64,000 bases of DNA from the NCBI GenBank assembly GCA_965140445.1, contig OZ223236.1, positions 4,544,001 through 4,608,000 of the forward strand. Reading direction: 5' to 3'. The notes beneath the pieces were generated by a model. It had not been told where the DNA came from, searched no databases, and worked only from the letters and a program-made list of their open reading frames with translations. Both the position numbers and the translations under genes were made by a program. This document shows positions 58,759 through 64,000 of the stretch, piece by piece (the first letter of the stretch is position 1; each line of letters opens with the position of its first letter). The stretch comes from Candidatus Ozemobacteraceae bacterium (GTDB lineage Bacteria > Muiribacteriota > Ozemobacteria > Ozemobacterales > Ozemobacteraceae).

Positions 58759-58854
58759 GTTTCGGTACACTTTTTTTTTATTTTTGTTGACGAAAAGAAA
58801 AAGCATGTGATAAAACTTAATTCACAAATATCTCAGGAGGATTATTTTTTAATC

Positions 58855-60138
58855 ATGAAAAAGCTTTTCGTTATTCTTCTTCTCGTAGCTCTCGTACCTT
58901 TTACTACTGGTTGTAATGGACTTTGGGATTTTGACAGTGATAATGACTCAAATGTAGCTTATACTACCCTCACTTCTAAAGCTACCCTTCCTTCAGCAGC
59001 TATTTCAGCTGGCGCAAGCATTCGTGGTGCAGCTTCTTACACTGGCCTCACAATGAAAGTTGGAAACATCACTCTTCCAGCTACTGGCGCTGTTGACAAT
59101 GGTGATGGTACCACTACAGTAACTTTCACAAAATCAGTAACCACAACTGAAGCTGCTACAGTAACTGGAAATGTTCCTGCAACAGTAAGCCAAGGTGCAA
59201 CTGCAATCGTTACAGTTACACTTACTCTTGGAACATCTCAGGCTTCACAGGTTGGAGTTGTAATTAACGGAACTGTAAGTGCAACTGGCGTTCTCACAGT
59301 AACTAGCGTAAGTGCAACTTATGTTCCAACTGGAAGCACAACAGCAACTACAGCTACTACAACAGTAACAGCTACTGGAACCATTACAGTTTCAACTTTC
59401 AAAGTAACTGGTGTAGCTTATGGCGCAACTGCTCTTACAACTACAACTACTAACGCACCTGTAGTTAACGTTGCAAATCCTAGTTTTGCAGTAACTTTTG
59501 ACAAAGTTCTCCCAACTACTTTAACTTCAGCTAACACAACTTGGACTCTTAGAGTAACTAACGAATCCAGCACAACAACTCCAAAAAGTTATTTTGATCT
59601 TACCAACACAGCTAACTCTGCACTCTTCACAGTAGCAGTTGCCAGCAACGTTGCAACAATCAAACTCAACACTGACACAGCCAAGAAACTTACAGCTGGA
59701 AAAACTTACAGTGTTCAACTTCTTGCCAACAACATTAAAGACAGCGCTGGAACTCTCTTAGACACTCCACAGTCTAAATACTACTTCACCACTGGTTCAG
59801 CTCTTGCTACTACAGTTACTACTCTTAGTTCTGTAACAGATACAATTGCTTCTGGAACTGGTAAACAACTCACTCTTACTTTCTCAGCTGCTGTAAAAAG
59901 TGCTCCTGAAGCTGGATCAACAGTAACTATCGCTAAAACTGGCGGATCAACTGTAACTCTCACTTCAACTAGCTCTGACATCACAATCACTCAGCCTGGT
60001 AGCACAAGCCAAGCTGTTATCACTATCAACAAAGCTATCACAGCAGGAACTTACACTGTAAGCGTTACTGCTGGTGAGTGGAAAGATCTTACTGGTAACC
60101 CAGTAGAAACTTCAGTAAAAACTTTCACAGTTAACTAA
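58855..60138 (+). CDS. Thr/Ser/Val-rich surface lipoprotein with Ig-like domains (S-layer-like)
   Basis: Lipobox TTGC; AGGAGG SD; strongly biased codons; LTAGKTYSV…IKDSAG and WKDLTGN Big_5-like ends. Confidence 0.8.
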   Translation: MKKLFVILLLVALVPFTTGCNGLWDFDSDNDSNVAYTTLTSKATLPSAAISAGASIRGAASYTGLTMKVGNITLPATGAVDNGDGTTTVTFTKSVTTTEAATVTGNVPATVSQGATAIVTVTLTLGTSQASQVGVVINGTVSATGVLTVTSVSATYVPTGSTTATTATTTVTATGTITVSTFKVTGVAYGATALTTTTTNAPVVNVANPSFAVTFDKVLPTTLTSANTTWTLRVTNESSTTTPKSYFDLTNTANSALFTVAVASNVATIKLNTDTAKKLTAGKTYSVQLLANNIKDSAGTLLDTPQSKYYFTTGSALATTVTTLSSVTDTIASGTGKQLTLTFSAAVKSAPEAGSTVTIAKTGGSTVTLTSTSSDITITQPGSTSQAVITINKAITAGTYTVSVTAGEWKDLTGNPVETSVKTFTVN

Positions 60139-60149
60139 GACTTAACTTT

Positions 60150-60184
60150 AAAAATCCCTCGGCTCTGCCGGGGGATTTTTTTTA
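60150..60184 (+). terminator. Intrinsic terminator
   Basis: atccctcggc-tct-gccgggggat followed by T run. Confidence 0.88.
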
Positions 60185-60262
60185 TGCCAACAATTTCTCC
60201 ATCCCCTTTACTTTGCTTTTTCGTTTTGTTACTATCCTGCATAGTTTAATTTTCGCGGGGAT

Positions 60263-61186
60263 ATGATGAAAAAAAATTACCTAGCTTTAATTTGCCTCAC
60301 GTTGGCATTGCTAATCCCTTATTCAGGGAATTGCTTTGAGAATTGGTCGGAAAATTCCCCAAATGAGTCAGACATAGGCCAAGGGGCTTTTATCCAACGC
60401 GAGTATCTTGAATTATACGTACCAAAAACATTTGAGGGCAGGACGGCTAAAGAATGGCGCACCGTTCATGGCATCCAATTACAAAATGCCGTCAGATTTT
60501 ACAGAACAACAAGCAAAGTCCAACTTAGAGGATCTGTAACTGTTTTTGATTTTGATTACACTCAAGACAATCTCGACATTCAAGTTTTTCGCTCCAGAGC
60601 TAGAAGACCAGGTACGAACTCCTGCATGGACTGCCATGGTGGCGAGTTTGCAAGGACTACAGCAATCATCGGACAGGAACATCAGGAATTGATTTCAAAA
60701 CCCGTCAAACGAGGAAAAATAACCTTCACCCTGAACAATTCCACCAAAGAAGCTTTCCATGCAGGAGTTAATCATTGGTTATCCCATAATCTTTTAGCAA
60801 AATTGGACTACAAATGGGGATATCTAAAACAAGGACGCCACAATCTTCAGGCAAAAGCCTGGACTCTAGGCCTATCTGGCATGATAAAGCATAAATGGAA
60901 TTGGTCTACCGACCTTATTTACTCAAAAACAGACTCTTACAAAAGTAGAAAAACATTTGTAGGAAAGTTAAACTACTTTTTAAGCAAAGGATTGCGCCTT
61001 GGAGTTTCTGGCGGAGCCTTTCTTGATGGTTATACTCACTTTGGAACAGAAATGTCTGAAATGGGACTTGTCAGCATGGGACTGGAAAAAGATGATCCAA
61101 CGCTTTTACCAACCCTTTTCACCAAATTAAAGAACGATATGTTTGGATACCTGCAATATACAGTCGAATACGAATACAAATTTTAA
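60263..61186 (+). CDS. Predicted outer-membrane beta-barrel protein with a single CxxCH
   Basis: Signal peptide; alternating amphipathic strands; terminal YTVEYEYKF; CMDCH. Confidence 0.65.
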   Translation: MMKKNYLALICLTLALLIPYSGNCFENWSENSPNESDIGQGAFIQREYLELYVPKTFEGRTAKEWRTVHGIQLQNAVRFYRTTSKVQLRGSVTVFDFDYTQDNLDIQVFRSRARRPGTNSCMDCHGGEFARTTAIIGQEHQELISKPVKRGKITFTLNNSTKEAFHAGVNHWLSHNLLAKLDYKWGYLKQGRHNLQAKAWTLGLSGMIKHKWNWSTDLIYSKTDSYKSRKTFVGKLNYFLSKGLRLGVSGGAFLDGYTHFGTEMSEMGLVSMGLEKDDPTLLPTLFTKLKNDMFGYLQYTVEYEYKF

Positions 61187-61247
61187 ATTATTCGATAAGA
61201 GAATCCATAAATTAAATTTCTTAAATTTTTATAAAACATTTAGGAAT

Positions 61248-61289
61248 AAAAAAAATCCCAGAATGCTTAAAAGCACTCTGGGATTTTTT
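61248..61289 (-). terminator. Intrinsic terminator of glgP (probably bidirectional)
   Basis: atcccagagtgct…agcattctgggat plus T run on the minus strand; G-U pair favours minus strand. Confidence 0.85.
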
Positions 61290-61298
61290 ATTTTTACT

Positions 61299-63854
61299 TT
61301 AAGCCCAGAGGATGTTTCCAGTTAGGATTGGATGAATAAGATCAGGATGAGATGGAACGACTCTTACAGTTAATCCCATCTTGCCGCTGTAATTAAGGGC
61401 TACGCCGCCTTTAAATTCAGCATAACCATCAGATTCTTTAACAACTTCAAGGTCAACTATTTCGCCAACTTCAAGAACGTCACTGTCTTCCATATTCCCA
61501 TGGAATACCTGAACAATAACATCAGAAGCTTTAAGTTGATCCAGGTTTAGTTTAACTTCAACATCAACAATGTCTCCGACTTTGTGATCACTGGAACCAT
61601 TGGCTTCAATACCCTGAATGCTGATTTTTCCCCAGCAGTTTTTAAGTTTGATCAACCAGGCTGCAAGATCACAAGCTCTTTTTCTATCATTTGCAGACAA
61701 TGAATTATATCGGACGTTAGCCGGCACATAAAACCTGTCATTGTATTCAGCAACCATTCTGTTGGTATTGAAAAACGGGTTCACCTGTTTCATAGTTTCT
61801 TTCATCATGTGAATCCATCTTCTAGGCAGAGCGTCCTGCTTTCTATCATAGAAAGTTGGAGCAACTTCTTTTTCAAGCAGTTCATAAAGAGAGTTAGCTT
61901 CAACTTCATCCTGGTAATCCAGATTAGCAAATTCTTCTCTGCTACCAATTGCCCAACCGATTTCAGGATTGTATGCTTCATCCCACCAACCATCAAGAAT
62001 GGAAAGGTTTAATCCACCGTTGGCAGAAGATTTCATTCCAGAAGTTCCGCTTGCTTCCTGAGGTCTTCTTGGGTTATTAAGCCATACATCTACACCCTGA
62101 ACAAGATAGCGGGCAACAACAACATCATAATCTTCAATAAAGACTATATGTCTTCTAAGTCTTTCATCGCGGCATTGTTTAACAATCTCTTTGATGAAGT
62201 TCTTTCCAGGCTCATCTTTTGGATGCGCTTTACCAGCAACAATAATCTGAATTGGTCTTTCTTTGTTTGTCAGTATTTTGATCAAGCGCTCTTTATCTTT
62301 GAAAAGTAGAGTCGCTCTTTTATAAGTTGCAAATCTTCTGGCAAAACCAATTGTAAGAATTTCTGGATTAAGAATTTCAGAGGCTGAAGCTATTTCAGAT
62401 TGAGGTGCATTTCTCTGTTTGAGCTGTTTTTCAAGTCTATGTCTTGCAAAAGCAACTAATCTTTCTCTTCTTCTCTCATGTGTTCTCCACAATTCTTCCA
62501 TTGGAATCATCTCGATTTTTTCCCAAACACTATGATCACCAGGATTCATAACCCATCTTGGGCCAAGGTAACGATCGAAAAGAGCAGAAAGTTCCTGAGA
62601 TACATAAGATCTTGTGTGAACACCGTTTGTTACTGAATCAATTGGAATTTCCTGGAAAGGAACTGCAGGATATAAATCACCCCACATTTTTCTGGAAACC
62701 TTGCCATGAAGTTTACTTACGCCGTTAGCTGCACCGCATAGGTTCAATGCGCAAACTGCCATTGAGAAACCATCACCCTTTGGAGTGTTATCCTGCCAGC
62801 CAAGGTCAATAAATTCCTGCCATGAAATTCCAAGCTTTGAATAATACTGTGAGAAGTATTTTTCCATAAGTTCTTTAGAGAAAACGTCAATCCCTGCAGG
62901 AACTGGAGTATGAGTGGTAAAAACATTGCTTGATCTAGTTAATTCAAGGGCTTCATGGAATTCCATCTGGTGTCTTTCCATGGCAACAGCGATTCTTTCA
63001 AGCGCAAGAAAAGCTGAATGGCCTTCGTTCATGTGGTAAACCCTTGGATGCATATTCAACGCGTGCAGCGCTCTCAAGCCACCAATTCCAAGAACGATTT
63101 CCTGCATAATTCTAGTTTCTGTATCACCACCATAAAGCTCTCGAGTAATCCAACGATCGCCTGCAGAGTTTTCTGGAGTATCAGTATCAAGAAGAATCAA
63201 TGGAACCCTACCAATCTGGAGTTTCCATAGTAGGCAGTAAACAGATCTGCCTGGCATCTGAACACTAATTTTTTTCTGATTGCCATTTTCATCGCAGAGT
63301 GGAGTAATAGGCATGTTATGGAAATCATTTGCAGGATAAAGTTCTTGCTGATAACCACCAGCATTCAATCTCTGCTGGAAATAGCCAACGCGATAAAGCA
63401 TTCCAATAGCTACCAGAGGTATGCCAAGGTCAGAGGCGGATTTCAAATGGTCTCCTGCGAGCATTCCAAGACCACCAGAATAAAGTCTAACGCTTTCGGT
63501 CAAACCAAATTCTGCAGAGTAGTAAGCAACCATAGGGCTATCTTGTTCCCCATGATTCTTAATAAACCAGGTCTGTTTATCCTCAATATATTCCTTAAAA
63601 CTTTCACAAACCCTATTCATATGAGCGAGGAAAGCTTCATCTTTTCCTTTTGCTGCAAGACGATCCTGGGAAATAGTCCCTAGCATCTTAACAGGATTAT
63701 GATATGTGTCTTCCCACAAAACGGGGTCCAAACGACGCCAAAGAGCTATAGCTTCAGGATTCCAACACCACCACAGGTTATTAGCTAATTCCTTTAAAGG
63801 GGCTAACGACTCTGGTAAACTTGGAACCACTACAAAGGTCTTAATAGGCTTCAT
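61299..63854 (-). CDS. glgP: Alpha-glucan (glycogen/maltodextrin) phosphorylase
   Basis: YSGGLGMLAGDHLK, HMNEGH, FTTHTPV, TNGVH, GFARRFATYKR, EASGTSGMK PLP site. Confidence 0.96.
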   Translation of the reverse strand: MKPIKTFVVVPSLPESLAPLKELANNLWWCWNPEAIALWRRLDPVLWEDTYHNPVKMLGTISQDRLAAKGKDEAFLAHMNRVCESFKEYIEDKQTWFIKNHGEQDSPMVAYYSAEFGLTESVRLYSGGLGMLAGDHLKSASDLGIPLVAIGMLYRVGYFQQRLNAGGYQQELYPANDFHNMPITPLCDENGNQKKISVQMPGRSVYCLLWKLQIGRVPLILLDTDTPENSAGDRWITRELYGGDTETRIMQEIVLGIGGLRALHALNMHPRVYHMNEGHSAFLALERIAVAMERHQMEFHEALELTRSSNVFTTHTPVPAGIDVFSKELMEKYFSQYYSKLGISWQEFIDLGWQDNTPKGDGFSMAVCALNLCGAANGVSKLHGKVSRKMWGDLYPAVPFQEIPIDSVTNGVHTRSYVSQELSALFDRYLGPRWVMNPGDHSVWEKIEMIPMEELWRTHERRRERLVAFARHRLEKQLKQRNAPQSEIASASEILNPEILTIGFARRFATYKRATLLFKDKERLIKILTNKERPIQIIVAGKAHPKDEPGKNFIKEIVKQCRDERLRRHIVFIEDYDVVVARYLVQGVDVWLNNPRRPQEASGTSGMKSSANGGLNLSILDGWWDEAYNPEIGWAIGSREEFANLDYQDEVEANSLYELLEKEVAPTFYDRKQDALPRRWIHMMKETMKQVNPFFNTNRMVAEYNDRFYVPANVRYNSLSANDRKRACDLAAWLIKLKNCWGKISIQGIEANGSSDHKVGDIVDVEVKLNLDQLKASDVIVQVFHGNMEDSDVLEVGEIVDLEVVKESDGYAEFKGGVALNYSGKMGLTVRVVPSHPDLIHPILTGNILWA

Positions 63855-63889
63855 TAAAAATGGGCCTCCTGTAAAAAATTTTGTGCCTT

Positions 63890-63918
63890 TTTATACCATT
63901 ATTGAGAATCATCTGCAA
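63890..63918 (-). promoter_or_regulatory. Sigma70 promoter of glgP
   Basis: TTGCAG-N17-TATAAA with TG extension; AGGAGG SD downstream. Confidence 0.7.
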
Positions 63919-63933
63919 GCACAAAATATACCG

Positions 63934-63953
63934 GGGCACGGTTTTTCGTGCCC
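63934..63953. terminator. GC-rich hairpin upstream of the glgP promoter, possible terminator of an upstream gene
   Basis: gggcacg-gttttt-cgtgccc. Confidence 0.45.
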
Positions 63954-64000
63954 TCTGTAAGTCGGTATTAATAATTAAACAAGGTGCTTTTTTTCTCTGT

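Noticed and set aside
58806..58826. TGTGA…TCACA palindrome resembling a CRP or Rex site
   Set aside because: Spacer is 11 nt rather than 6, and TGTG is explained by the extended -10 element
63706..63960. 84-aa plus-strand ORF at the window end
   Set aside because: Antisense to the glgP start and promoter; no recognisable features

Overview
AT-rich, gene-dense bacterial chromosomal window with about 55 CDSs. I saw no rRNA, tRNA, CRISPR array or mobile element. LPS-type glycosyltransferases, a TolB-like protein and a probable outer-membrane barrel point to a diderm, and Fe-S/siroheme-route enzymes point to an anaerobe. The repertoire is reminiscent of Ca. Riflebacteria, but that is inference and unverified. 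Housekeeping genes include mutS, a sigma-70 factor lacking region 1.1, pepA, rpmB, thiT, ddl, aroQ, a U32 hydroxylase, rmlD/rmlC, a Dpp/Opp ABC importer and glgP. Several large Ig-like lipoproteins are also present. Most notable: (1) a 13-kb co-oriented haem region (48090-61186) with two TlpA thioredoxins, a parvulin, a HAMP protein, a 10-CxxCH cytochrome with one extra CxxCQ site, HemX/SirC/HemA/HemC/CobA-HemD/AhbC, a Thr-rich lipoprotein and a predicted beta-barrel carrying its own CxxCH; (2) several full-length enzyme homologues lacking catalytic residues, including an adjacent dead alpha/beta-hydrolase and dead M48 protease; (3) regulatory signals including sigma28-like promoters, a structured sigma-factor leader with a CsrA-type hairpin and probable leaderless genes. 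Family calls come from motif recognition by eye; no searches were run.
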